DNA of 64,000 nucleotides. Source: a virus. Positions 9,931 to 19,594 of this stretch are shown here, piece by piece; position 1 is the first letter of the stretch, and the number at the start of each line of letters is the position of its first letter. The notes beneath the pieces were generated by a model that worked only from the letters and a program-made list of their open reading frames with translations, did not search any database and had not been told where the DNA came from. A program made the position numbers and the translations under genes. The stretch covers positions 96,043-160,042 of the IMG/VR virus record IMGVR_UViG_3300009082_000017; one strand, 5' to 3'.

Positions 9931-9978
9931 CCACTATATGTGATGGTATAAAAAGTAACGACACACTATATGATGTAT
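9931..9978. promoter_or_regulatory. tandem NrdR-box-like motifs
   Basis: CCACTATATGTGATGG (9931) and ACACTATATGATGTAT (9963), 32 bp apart; resemble acaCwAtATaTwGtgt. Confidence 0.5.
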
Positions 9979-10094
9979 ATATAATTCAACGGAAAATTGT
10001 GAATGGCATATGATTATATATCCAAGTGTAGGATAATTACTTCATGAAATATAACCTTCATGGAAACTAGTTCAAAATTGGTATCAATTTACCC

Positions 10095-10123
10095 TTGACA
10101 AAAATCAAATTATGTGATAGACT
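10095..10123 (+). promoter_or_regulatory. sigma70-type promoter
   Basis: TTGACA-17-TAGACT, extended TG. Confidence 0.8.
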
Positions 10124-10127
10124 TGTA

Positions 10128-10330
10128 TAGTCTTGGTACGCGGATATACTTTTGGAGATGAAGGAGATGGGGTCGCGGTTGGGATTGCTGGGCGACTAAC
10201 CAAAAGAAATTTAGCATAAGATAGAAGCAAAATAAAGTGTATGAATATGCTTCAAAAAATCTTGGTGAGATTAATTATATAATAATATGTATAAGATTCC
10301 TAGAAATAAACTCACAAAATACTAGGATTA
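10128..10330 (+). ncRNA. candidate structured ncRNA or leader
   Basis: No ORF-track gene here; begins at predicted TSS; terminal stem TAGTCTTGGTA/TACTAGGATTA; internal GGTCGC/GCGACT, GAAGCA/TGCTTC, GTGAG/CTCAC. Confidence 0.45.
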
Positions 10331-10358
10331 AAAAAACTTATAAAGGAGAAAAACAAAA

Positions 10359-10652
10359 TTGAAAGATTATAGAAAAACACATAGTAAAATTCGAATCCCC
10401 GCAAAACAAAATAATAACATTATTGTTTCACCTCTATCTACCTCCAAAGAAGAAACTTCTGTCGAAGGCTTAGAACCTAAAATCATTCCCGATAACGGCA
10501 AACGTTTTACAGTTAAATCCAATCAATGGGTTATGGAGAAGTTTCAAAACCAAGACACTCCTACTAGAAAAATTATTGATTTAGGTAAAGATTTGACCTG
10601 GCAGGAAGCCAAGAAAATGAAGAAAGAAAATAAGAATTCGTGGATTATTTAA
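10359..10652 (+). CDS. hypothetical protein
   Basis: AAGGAG RBS, TTG start. Confidence 0.7.
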   Translation: MKDYRKTHSKIRIPAKQNNNIIVSPLSTSKEETSVEGLEPKIIPDNGKRFTVKSNQWVMEKFQNQDTPTRKIIDLGKDLTWQEAKKMKKENKNSWII

Positions 10653-10694
10653 TTCCCCATAAAACGAATATTTCATGTGATAAGAGAGACGTAA

Positions 10695-10868
10695 ATGTGT
10701 TTTAAAAAGAAAAATAATAAATATATGAAATGCCCATTATGTAGAGGGAAAGGTTATACGGGAATTATAATACATGAAAAGTGTCCAAGGTGTGAAGGCG
10801 ATAAAAAAGTATTAAAATCAGAAGACGAATCAAAAACTTGTGGAACTTGTGGTGGAAGATTAGATTGA
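10695..10868 (+). CDS. 57-aa zinc-finger protein (DnaJ-like CxxCxGxG repeats), not in ORF track
   Basis: CPLCRGKG...CPRCEG...CGTCGG; TGATG overlap with next gene. Confidence 0.7.
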   Translation: MCFKKKNNKYMKCPLCRGKGYTGIIIHEKCPRCEGDKKVLKSEDESKTCGTCGGRLD

Positions 10869-11380
10869 TGCGTTATCTCGTACATTTAAAAAATATTTTG
10901 CTTCATAAATATTATGTTTTTTTTGCTTGTTTGAAATTAAAAGTCCCTTTGTATTTAGCAATTTTTCACGATATTTCAAAATTTAAATTATCTGAATTTA
11001 TTCCATATGCTAAATATTATTATAATAAAGACGGATCTCATGCCGATGTAAAAGACAAACACGGTGAATTAGAATACACTAAAGAAGCAAACAATATTAA
11101 AGTGGCGTGGCTATATCATTCTCATACAAACAGGCATCATTGGAACTATTGGATTACTATTAGGTCTGATGGATTAATTTATCCAAATATAATTCCCGAT
11201 AAATATATAAAAGAAATGGTTGCAGATTGGATAGGTGCATCTAAAGCTTATAATCTAAATATTAAGGTTATTGATTGGTATAATAAGGAAAAAGAAAACT
11301 TAATATTACATCAAGATACTAGAACAAAAATAGAAAAAATATTACAAATATTGGAGTATAATGGAAATAATAGAAACTGA
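10868..11380 (+). CDS. HD-like DUF5662-type protein
   Basis: HK..V, HDISK, AWLYH...NRHHW, EMVADW; ATG 10868 preferred. Confidence 0.7.
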   Translation: MRYLVHLKNILLHKYYVFFACLKLKVPLYLAIFHDISKFKLSEFIPYAKYYYNKDGSHADVKDKHGELEYTKEANNIKVAWLYHSHTNRHHWNYWITIRSDGLIYPNIIPDKYIKEMVADWIGASKAYNLNIKVIDWYNKEKENLILHQDTRTKIEKILQILEYNGNNRN

Positions 11381-11903
11381 AATCCCAGAAGTTGTTATTT
11401 TTAATCCCATTATTTATGGAGATAATAGAGGTTTTTTTGCAGAGATATTTGTTTATAAAGAATTTGAAAATAGATGTGGGAATTATTTATTTGTTCAAGA
11501 AAATTATTCAAAATCTATTAAGAATACTTTACGTGGACTTCATTATCAATTACAAAAAGAGCAAGGCAAATTGGTATCTTGTATTAATGGTGAAATATTT
11601 GATGTGGCTGTGGATATTAGAAAAAATTCGCCCACTTATAAAAAATATGTATCTGTTTTATTATCAGATAAAAACAAAAAAATGGTTTGGATTCCACCTG
11701 GATTTGCTCACGGGTTTTTTACTTTAAGCGATATTGCCGAAATAGAATATCGTTGTACAAATTATTATAGCAAAGAAAATGAAAGAGGTATTAGGTGGGA
11801 TGATCCGAGTGTTGGAATTAATTGGCCTATACAAGATGGAGAATTGCCTATATTGTCTGAAAAAGATAGTAAATTAAATTTTATTAATAGTGAGGAGAAT
11901 TGA
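11361..11903 (+). CDS. rmlC: dTDP-4-dehydrorhamnose 3,5-epimerase
   Basis: DNRGFF, TLRGLHYQ, GKLV, DVAVDIR, PPGFAHGF. Confidence 0.95.
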   Translation: MEIIETEIPEVVIFNPIIYGDNRGFFAEIFVYKEFENRCGNYLFVQENYSKSIKNTLRGLHYQLQKEQGKLVSCINGEIFDVAVDIRKNSPTYKKYVSVLLSDKNKKMVWIPPGFAHGFFTLSDIAEIEYRCTNYYSKENERGIRWDDPSVGINWPIQDGELPILSEKDSKLNFINSEEN

Positions 11904-13039
11904 TGCAAAAAGGTAATACGTTGAAAGTTCCAGTTACTGGGCAAGTTACAGGCGATGAAGAAACTGAAGCAATTATAGAAGTTGCAAAATCAAAGCAATA
12001 TGCTCCTAATAAAAAAGTTGAGCAATTTGAGCATGATTTTGCAAAATTTGTTAAAAAAAGATATGGTTTATTTGTAAATAGTGGATCTTCTGCTAATTTA
12101 TTAGCGACAACTGCTTGGGCGAAATATCATGAAAAAGAAACAAAAGCATTGGAATGTACTCTTCCTGCTTTAATGTTTCCTACTACCTTGAATCCCTATC
12201 TCCAAAATAATTTTACTATAAAATTAATAGACGTAGAAGTTGAAACTCTGCAAGCAAAAAGCCCAGAAAAACATGGTGTGCATACATTAGGGAATTATGC
12301 GGATTTGTCAAATATAGAGGACAGTTGTGACGCCATGCTTCCAGGTCATTACAAGGGAGAGATACAAACCTTTTCTTTCTTCCCCGCACATTTTTTGTGT
12401 ACCGGCGAAGGGGGAATGGTCACTACAGATAATCCTGAATTATATAAGTTGATGCGTTCAATTATGCATTGGGGTAAGGATTGCTGGTGCCCTCTTGGTA
12501 GCGACAATACTTGTGGTAAAAGATTTGAACATCAATTTGGAGAAATGCCTTATGGGTATGATCATAAATATATTTATACCAATATTGGATATAATTTAGC
12601 CAATACTGAAATGGCTGCTGCAATGGGAATTGAACAATTGAAAAAACTTCCTTATTTTCTTGAAACTAGAAAAAATAATTTTAAGAAATTATATGAAGGA
12701 TTGTCTAAATTTTCTGATAGCTTTATTCTTCCAAAAACAGTTTTACCAGATACTCCATGGTTTGCATTTCCTATTACCGTCAAAAGAGAATCAAAAATTT
12801 CAAGACGAGATATGGTAGAATTTCTTAATAATGAAGGTGTTGCTTCAAGACCTATCATGGGTGGAAATTTAAAGAGACAACCTGCATATTTAAATATAAA
12901 ATTTAAGTATGGTGGGATATTAGAAAATTCTGATCTCATCACAGATAATTCATTTTATATTGGTTTATGGCATGGATTGTTCGAAGAACAAATTGAATAT
13001 AGTATTAATACTATTGAAAGATTTATGGAAATGCAATGA
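11900..13039 (+). CDS. rfbH: RfbH/DdhC-like PLP/PMP-dependent NDP-4-keto-6-deoxyhexose 3-dehydrase
   Basis: NSGSSAN, EDSCDA, SFFPAH (His in place of Lys), GEGG, DCWC...NTCGKRF...GYDHKY. Confidence 0.85.
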   Translation: MMQKGNTLKVPVTGQVTGDEETEAIIEVAKSKQYAPNKKVEQFEHDFAKFVKKRYGLFVNSGSSANLLATTAWAKYHEKETKALECTLPALMFPTTLNPYLQNNFTIKLIDVEVETLQAKSPEKHGVHTLGNYADLSNIEDSCDAMLPGHYKGEIQTFSFFPAHFLCTGEGGMVTTDNPELYKLMRSIMHWGKDCWCPLGSDNTCGKRFEHQFGEMPYGYDHKYIYTNIGYNLANTEMAAAMGIEQLKKLPYFLETRKNNFKKLYEGLSKFSDSFILPKTVLPDTPWFAFPITVKRESKISRRDMVEFLNNEGVASRPIMGGNLKRQPAYLNIKFKYGGILENSDLITDNSFYIGLWHGLFEEQIEYSINTIERFMEMQ

Positions 13040-13746
13040 AAATATTAGCATTAGGATACGGAAAGTTAGGACAAGAAATTGTTAAACAATCTGGTTGGGA
13101 TTATATTAGCCGAGAAAAAAATAATTTTGATTTCAACAATATAAATTCTTACAATAAATATCTTTACAATTATGACACAATAATAAATTGTATAGCAAAC
13201 ACATATACTTATTCTGACGACAAACAATCAATGATCGATACTAACTTCAAAGCAGTTGTGAACCTAATAGAATTCTCAAATTTGTATAATAAGAAGTTAA
13301 TCCAAATAGGAACGGATTACATTTATGATGGGTCAGTAGAAAATGCTTCAGAAGAAGATATTCCTGTCCATGCAAGAAATTGGTATTCTTATTCAAAACT
13401 TTTAATAGATGGATATATACAAAGCTTTTGTGAAAATTATTTATTAATAAGAACATCGTTCAAGTCCAATCCATTTCCTTATCCAAAAGCAATCACTACG
13501 CAAAAAGGTAATTTTGATTATACAGATAAAATTGTTGAAAAAATAATTAACTTAATAAACAATAATGCAATCGGTGTTTACAATGTTGGACATAATACAC
13601 CATGGACTATTTACGAAATGGCTTTAGAAACAAATAAAGATGTTGTACCTTGTGATGATATTTTAAATGAATCAATGCCTACAAATATTACAATGAATAT
13701 GGAGAAGTATAATGAGTTTATTAGAAATCTTAATACCGGTTTATAA
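13036..13746 (+). CDS. RmlD-like NDP-sugar reductase (SDR)
   Basis: GYGKLG, TDYIY, YSYSK. Confidence 0.8.
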   Translation: MKILALGYGKLGQEIVKQSGWDYISREKNNFDFNNINSYNKYLYNYDTIINCIANTYTYSDDKQSMIDTNFKAVVNLIEFSNLYNKKLIQIGTDYIYDGSVENASEEDIPVHARNWYSYSKLLIDGYIQSFCENYLLIRTSFKSNPFPYPKAITTQKGNFDYTDKIVEKIINLINNNAIGVYNVGHNTPWTIYEMALETNKDVVPCDDILNESMPTNITMNMEKYNEFIRNLNTGL

Positions 13747-14404
13747 TATGCAAGGTAAGGGACTGGAAATGCTTGCATACAGTTTTAAACAACTTAAGTT
13801 GCAGCGTTTTAAAGATTTTAGCGTTCTTATTTCTGATGATTCAGAAGATGAAACAATTAAAACTTATGTAAGTGGGATCAAAGACCTAGAAATAAAATAT
13901 GTAAAAAATGAAGGGATGCATAGTATTGCTGGCAATATGAATAATGCCATTAAAAATGCAACTGGAGAAATTCTTCAAGTAATGTGTCAAGATGATTATT
14001 TTTACAATAAAGATTCTTTACAAAAAATTGTAGATAATTTTGATAGGGGTAAGGGTTGGATGTGTAGTATGTATATGCATACAAAAGACAGGCTAGGGTT
14101 ATTCAATCAACAAATTCCCAAATGGAATCCTAAGATTTGTTTGGATAATACTTTGGGCACACCTTCTTGTTTGTCATTTTTGAACGATAAAGACGTTCCT
14201 TTATTGGATGAAAATTTAAAATGGTATGTTGATTGTGACCATTATTATCGGTTATTCAAAAAATGGGGCGAACCTAAGATTTTGAAAGAATTAATTTTTG
14301 TTCAGTTATTATGGGAAGGACAAACGACTCAAGGAATTACTCAAGAAATTGTTAATACTGAAGTTGCATATATTAATGATAAGTATGTAGGAGAGTTGGG
14401 TTGA
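13712..14404 (+). CDS. GT2-family glycosyltransferase
   Basis: ILIPVYN, SDDS, QDD, GTPS. Confidence 0.85.
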   Translation: MSLLEILIPVYNMQGKGLEMLAYSFKQLKLQRFKDFSVLISDDSEDETIKTYVSGIKDLEIKYVKNEGMHSIAGNMNNAIKNATGEILQVMCQDDYFYNKDSLQKIVDNFDRGKGWMCSMYMHTKDRLGLFNQQIPKWNPKICLDNTLGTPSCLSFLNDKDVPLLDENLKWYVDCDHYYRLFKKWGEPKILKELIFVQLLWEGQTTQGITQEIVNTEVAYINDKYVGELG

Positions 14405-15054
14405 AAAAATATTTAAAAGATGTTACTCTCCTTGCATATGATACTCGCCCAGATAAAATTGAAGGGACTATTTGGGCACTACAAAAATGTTGTGAGGGAT
14501 TAGATTTTTATGAGGTTAAGTTGTTGACAGATATAATGCCTGATAATTTACCTGAAAATATTAAATTGGAATATGCTCCACACATTAATCATATTAATGA
14601 TTTTAATTTGTATATGTTCTTAGAGTTAGGGAAACACATAGATAGTTCACATTGTTTGTATGTACAGGATCATGGGTTTGTTATTTCGCCTCAGATTTGG
14701 CGTGATGAGTGGTTAGAATACGATTATATTGGGGCTGGATGGAATTGGATGCCTGATGCTTATGTTTGTCATGAAACGGGTGAACATGTTCGACAGGGCA
14801 ATGGGGGATTTTCACTTCGCAGTTCTCAAATTTTAAATTTGCCTAAAGAAAAAGGGTGGTATTTGAAAGAAGAACAAGGCTGGAAAAATGAAGATGGACA
14901 AGTGTGTGTTTATTGGCGCAAAGATATGTTAAAAAATGGAATAAAATATGCCCCTATTGAAGTTGCATCTGTTTTTTCTTATGAAAAAGATACCCCAGAG
15001 AATATGAATATTAAAGAATTTTTCGGATATCATAGAAATATGCCTAGGAGATAA
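14401..15054 (+). CDS. DUF5672-like GT-A fold protein
   Basis: YVQDHG, YDYIGA.W, GNGGFSLRS, ED, FGYH. Confidence 0.75.
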   Translation: MKKYLKDVTLLAYDTRPDKIEGTIWALQKCCEGLDFYEVKLLTDIMPDNLPENIKLEYAPHINHINDFNLYMFLELGKHIDSSHCLYVQDHGFVISPQIWRDEWLEYDYIGAGWNWMPDAYVCHETGEHVRQGNGGFSLRSSQILNLPKEKGWYLKEEQGWKNEDGQVCVYWRKDMLKNGIKYAPIEVASVFSYEKDTPENMNIKEFFGYHRNMPRR

Positions 15055-15056
15055 TA

Positions 15057-15713
15057 TTGAATAAACTTTTTATAATTAGTCGATATAATGAAGATTATTC
15101 TTGGATAAAAGAATATACTAAAAATTATCTTATTTATAATAAAGGTGATCTAATTTTAGATGATTCTCACGTTATCAATACCGAAAATATTGGTGGAAAT
15201 CAACGAGACATATCCAAATTTGCTTTTGAAAATTATAATAATTTACCAGATATTATGATATTTATTCAGTCGTTTGTTTGGGATCATTGTAAAAAAGATA
15301 TTTTTGACAACCTAATCCAAAATACAACATTTACCCCTTTGGAATATTATGGAAGTATTCCGGCAAATGGATGGGAACAAAGAGATGAATTTGGAGGGTT
15401 CCTTGAGACGAATAATAATTGGTACATTTCTGCACATAATTCAACTTATAATTTAACTTGCAGATATGAATCTTTTGATCAGTTTATGAATAAATATTTT
15501 GAAGACTACCAACATTTAGATTTTATTCGTTTTGCTCCAGGTTCACAATATATCATTACACCAAAAGAAATTTTACAATATCCAAAAACATTTTGGAAAT
15601 GCTTGATGGAAGAATTGACAACAAAAAATTCAACTGAAGCGCACATCGTAGAAAGAAGTTTATATTATATTCTTAATGGTGATTATAATTTGAGAAAGGA
15701 TTTTTATGGATAA
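15057..15713 (+). CDS. DUF3431-like protein (glycan-locus associated)
   Basis: ISRYNED.SW, IYNK, NIG, NY..LPD, AHIVER. Confidence 0.7.
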   Translation: MNKLFIISRYNEDYSWIKEYTKNYLIYNKGDLILDDSHVINTENIGGNQRDISKFAFENYNNLPDIMIFIQSFVWDHCKKDIFDNLIQNTTFTPLEYYGSIPANGWEQRDEFGGFLETNNNWYISAHNSTYNLTCRYESFDQFMNKYFEDYQHLDFIRFAPGSQYIITPKEILQYPKTFWKCLMEELTTKNSTEAHIVERSLYYILNGDYNLRKDFYG

Positions 15714-16641
15714 TTTTTCACAATACAAACCAGGTTTACATAAATTGGTTCATCATTTAGATCATTTAAAAAAATTACAAAACAGAGAACCATCCTCCCC
15801 TTTACATTTATCTGTTTTCCCTACAAATTTTTGCCAATTAGAATGTCCTTATTGTGGATTTAGAAAAGTAAAAAGAAATAACACAGAATTATCTTTTGAA
15901 GATTTTAGCAAAGCAATTGATGTTTTAGTAAAGTATGGGTTGAAAGCTATGGAACAATCAGGTGGTGGTGATCCTCTTTTATGGTCTCATTTTGATAAGG
16001 CAACAGAATATGCATATAACAAAGGTTTGAAATTATCACTAGTCACTAATGGATTGGAATTAGGTCACATGTCATCAAAAACTTTATCTTTATTTTCTTG
16101 GATACGAGTTTCAATACAATCAGAAGCATATGCAAGAAAAATAGATTTGAGTAAAATTCCAAATAATATAAAAAGAAGTATGTCATTTATTGTTCACGAT
16201 GAAAAATCTTTTAATGAATTGGATAAAATACATGAATTTGCAAAAGAAAAAAATATTCTTATTAGGATTGCACCAAATAGACCTTGCGACAAAAGTTGGG
16301 CAAATAAAGTAAAAGATAAAGCAGAAAATTTAGGACACCCATTTTTGTTTTTTGAAAAATCTAATGAAACTCCTAACGGATGCTACATGGCTTGGATAAG
16401 AGCAGCATTAGATTGGGAAGGTAATTTTCTTCCTTGCCCATCAATTGAATTGACACCAGAATGTGCTGGATATATTCCTGATAATTTTAAATTATGCAAA
16501 GTGTCGGAATTGGAAGAATGGATTTTAAATAACCCTGTACACGATTTAGGACATCGTTGTAAATTCTGCAATTGTGGTAAAGACACAAATGATTTTGTGT
16601 ATGGGATGCTTCAAGATATAGAGGATGTGGATTTTGTATAA
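15706..16641 (+). CDS. radical SAM protein with SPASM/Twitch-like C-terminus
   Basis: CQLECPYC, SGGGDP, LVTNG, C-terminal Cys cluster. Confidence 0.85.
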   Translation: MDNFSQYKPGLHKLVHHLDHLKKLQNREPSSPLHLSVFPTNFCQLECPYCGFRKVKRNNTELSFEDFSKAIDVLVKYGLKAMEQSGGGDPLLWSHFDKATEYAYNKGLKLSLVTNGLELGHMSSKTLSLFSWIRVSIQSEAYARKIDLSKIPNNIKRSMSFIVHDEKSFNELDKIHEFAKEKNILIRIAPNRPCDKSWANKVKDKAENLGHPFLFFEKSNETPNGCYMAWIRAALDWEGNFLPCPSIELTPECAGYIPDNFKLCKVSELEEWILNNPVHDLGHRCKFCNCGKDTNDFVYGMLQDIEDVDFV

Positions 16642-17272
16642 TATTGATGGGAATTTTTTTGATAAAGATTATTTTGAAAATGGGAAACAAACCAATAAAA
16701 GTTTCTATGAAAATTATCATTGGATGCCTCAAAGAAGTTTTAGAGAAGCGTTAGCTTTTATTGACTGTTTGCAACTCAATGAAAATTCTTATGTTCTAGA
16801 AATTGGCTGTGCGAAAGGTTTTCTTATTCGTGCATTAAGAGAATTAGAAATTAAAGTAGATGGTGCAGATATCAGCAATTATGCCTTGTCGTTTGCACCG
16901 GAAGGATGTTGGAATTGCTCGAATGATTCTTCTTGGGATAACCATGCTAATTTTGGATACACAAATATAATTATCAAAGATATGTTGGAACACTTGAATA
17001 AAGAACAATTGGGAATATCTTTAAATAATTTTTCAAAAGTTTCAAATAAAATGATATGTGTTGTTCCAATTGGAAGCAATGGTAAATATCGAATCCCAGA
17101 ATATGAATGTGATCAGAGCCACGTCATACGAGAAAACGAGTCATTCTGGTATTGTTTTTTTGAAATGAATGGTTGGAAAGTTATAAATCATTTTCCACAT
17201 TTAAAAGGGATAAAAGATAATTGGACTCATTATCCTGATGGCAACCATGTTTTTGTATTGGAGTATAAATAA
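16625..17272 (+). CDS. class I SAM-dependent methyltransferase
   Basis: VLEIGCAKG, GADIS, DMLEH. Confidence 0.85.
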   Translation: MWILYNIDGNFFDKDYFENGKQTNKSFYENYHWMPQRSFREALAFIDCLQLNENSYVLEIGCAKGFLIRALRELEIKVDGADISNYALSFAPEGCWNCSNDSSWDNHANFGYTNIIIKDMLEHLNKEQLGISLNNFSKVSNKMICVVPIGSNGKYRIPEYECDQSHVIRENESFWYCFFEMNGWKVINHFPHLKGIKDNWTHYPDGNHVFVLEYK

Positions 17273-18126
17273 TGTTGAGTATTGATTTAACCGGTAACTG
17301 CGGAGACCAAATCCTACGCTACTGTATTTGCAGAAGTGTAGCTGAAAAAAACAATTATAGGTATGGGATAAATTCAATTACTAGTAATGATTATTATAAT
17401 GGAAAAGGACAATTATATTTTTTTAAGGGTATTGATTATGGTGAACCTAACAATACACCCTTTAGTCAATTGCCCCCAAACACAGACAATGTTTGGGAAG
17501 AAAAAAGAGAGTTTTATCAAGGATATAATTTTCATCCTTTCCAACCAGATATTTTTGATGTTACACCTAATACTAAATTGATAGTTTATTGTGGACAAGA
17601 TGCATTCTATCTGGATAAAGAAAAAGTTTCGAAATGGTTAGAGATTAAAGATGAATATGCGGAAGAATCTAAAAGGTTATTAGAAGGATCAGAAATTGAA
17701 TTAAATGAAAATACTTGTGTGATTAATTGTCGTGGTGGAGAATATAAATCAGTTCCATCTTTATTTTTAACACATAATTATTGGGACAAAGCAATTGCTT
17801 TTATGAAACAAAAAAATCCTAACTTTAAATTTATTGTTGTTACGGAAGATCCAGAATTTTATAAAACATTTTTTGATGTACCTGTTTATCATTTTAATAT
17901 TCATACTGATTACTATATTCTTAATAATGCAAAAAATATTATCGCTTCAAATTCTGGGTTTGGAATATTTCCGATTTGGACTAATAAAAATAATCCATAT
18001 GTTATCGCCCCTTATTTATGGGCGAATCATAACTACGGTGAGAATGAGGAGTGGGCAAATTCGAATATGAGAAGTTGGGATTGTTTTAATTTTATGGATA
18101 GGGATGGAGAGTTGTATGACAAATGA
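17272..18126 (+). CDS. GT11 (alpha-1,2-fucosyltransferase-like) glycosyltransferase
   Basis: GNCGDQ, INCRGGEY, VVTED, IASNSGF. Confidence 0.8.
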   Translation: MLSIDLTGNCGDQILRYCICRSVAEKNNYRYGINSITSNDYYNGKGQLYFFKGIDYGEPNNTPFSQLPPNTDNVWEEKREFYQGYNFHPFQPDIFDVTPNTKLIVYCGQDAFYLDKEKVSKWLEIKDEYAEESKRLLEGSEIELNENTCVINCRGGEYKSVPSLFLTHNYWDKAIAFMKQKNPNFKFIVVTEDPEFYKTFFDVPVYHFNIHTDYYILNNAKNIIASNSGFGIFPIWTNKNNPYVIAPYLWANHNYGENEEWANSNMRSWDCFNFMDRDGELYDK

Positions 18127-18144
18127 GTTGCATAAGGGCGGAGT

Positions 18145-18864
18145 ATGTTTATTTATAAAACGACAAACTTAGTTAATGGTAAAATTTATATAGGGCAATC
18201 TCAGCACGACATTAGTTTTGATTATTTAGGTTCTGGAGTATTGTTTACAAAAGCTATAAAAAAATATGGAAAGAAAAATTTTAAAAGAGAAATTTTAGAA
18301 GACGGTATTGTTGATATAAAAACATTAAATGATAGAGAAATTTATTGGATAGAATATTTTCATGCGACGGATATAAATATAGGATATAATATTTCTATAG
18401 GAGGATTCGGTACAATAGATCCTACTGGAAGAGTTGCAAAAAGAATATCTGAAGGAAGAAAAGGGGTTAGGTTATCTGAAGAGTCTAAAAAAATATTATC
18501 AGATGCACATCTTGGAATAAGACAAACAGAAGAAAGTAAAGTGAAAATATCAAAAACATGCAAAGAGAATATAGAAAAATTTGGTCATCCTCAAGCGGGG
18601 ATACCTAAACCTGAAGAATTAAAAGAAATTATGCGGAGAAATTCTCAAGGCAAAATTCGTGGAGGGGCATCCAAATATATAGGTGTTCAAAAAGGAAGAA
18701 GAAAAAAGTGGAAATCCCAAATAGTTTATAAGAAAAAGATTTATTATTTGGGAGAATTTGACGATGAAAAAGATGCGGCAAGAGCATATAATAATAAAGC
18801 ATTAGAGCTTTATGGGACAACCGCTAGATTAAATATTATAGAAGAGGATGAGAATAATGAATAA
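18145..18864 (+). CDS. GIY-YIG homing endonuclease with NUMOD3 repeats and AP2 domain
   Basis: FIYKTTNLVNGKIYIGQ, YLGSG, GYN; SEESK repeats; YLGEF..E..AARAYN. Confidence 0.9.
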   Translation: MFIYKTTNLVNGKIYIGQSQHDISFDYLGSGVLFTKAIKKYGKKNFKREILEDGIVDIKTLNDREIYWIEYFHATDINIGYNISIGGFGTIDPTGRVAKRISEGRKGVRLSEESKKILSDAHLGIRQTEESKVKISKTCKENIEKFGHPQAGIPKPEELKEIMRRNSQGKIRGGASKYIGVQKGRRKKWKSQIVYKKKIYYLGEFDDEKDAARAYNNKALELYGTTARLNIIEEDENNE

Positions 18865-19594
18865 TTTTAAAATTTATTTTAGAATTTCTAGCAAGGGCAA
18901 TCCACTTGGACGCACAGAACTTTCTGGTACTGAATTAGATGGAATTACTAGACAAGATTGTTTTAATAATTTATTAAGAGTTTTTGGTACAGAGAATTTA
19001 ATAGTGATTGCAGATAATGCTGACGATGATGTAATATCATTTTTACAATCTAAAGGAATAAAAAATATTGATAGAACATATTTTGGGAATACTCTTAGTT
19101 TTAGATATATTTTAGATCGAGCAGTTAGTGAATTAGATGAGGATGGCATTGTTTACTTTTTAGAAGATGACTATGCTCACAATTATAATGCCGAAACAAT
19201 AATTAGGGAAGGGCTAGAAATTGGGGATTATGTATCCTTATATGACAGCATGGACAAATACAAAGATACTGATAAAGGAGGATATAATCCCTTTATTCAT
19301 AATGGAGGGGAAGATACGAGAGTGATGATTACAGATACTTGTCATTGGAAAATTACAAATGCTACGACTATGAGTTTTGCTTCAAAAATAAAAACGTTGC
19401 GAGAAGATTATGGTGTAATTACAAAATATTGTCCTAATGGCGCACAGCATCCCATGGATTTTTTGATGTTTAGAGAATTGGTTACGCAAAAAAACAGAAA
19501 ATTAATCAATCCTATCCCTGGATATTCTGCACATATTGGGCTTGAAATGTCACCTTTTGTTCCATGGATTAAATTATTAAAAGGAGAATTATGA
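18848..19594 (+). CDS. GT-A fold glycosyltransferase-like protein
   Basis: YFLEDDY, YVSLYD, STTM-like ATTM; start likely 18857. Confidence 0.7.
   Translation: MRIMNNFKIYFRISSKGNPLGRTELSGTELDGITRQDCFNNLLRVFGTENLIVIADNADDDVISFLQSKGIKNIDRTYFGNTLSFRYILDRAVSELDEDGIVYFLEDDYAHNYNAETIIREGLEIGDYVSLYDSMDKYKDTDKGGYNPFIHNGGEDTRVMITDTCHWKITNATTMSFASKIKTLREDYGVITKYCPNGAQHPMDFLMFRELVTQKNRKLINPIPGYSAHIGLEMSPFVPWIKLLKGEL

Larger units (their letters stand above)
304..10677. repeat. Dispersed 7-6-7 palindromic site array, tract 1 (13 copies plus 1 degenerate)
   Basis: 20-bp cores start at 304, 2580, 3314, 4955, 5213, 5442, 6538, 7143, 7378, 8254, 8659, 10043, 10658 (e.g. 5442 CATGAAA-CTAGAA-TTTCATG). Degenerate copy at 1316. 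All lie at gene junctions or in intergenic DNA. Confidence 0.95.

Noticed and set aside
11392-18070. Alternative-frame + strand ORFs (11392, 17387, 17834)
   Set aside because: Nested inside rmlC and the GT11 gene with no independent signals.
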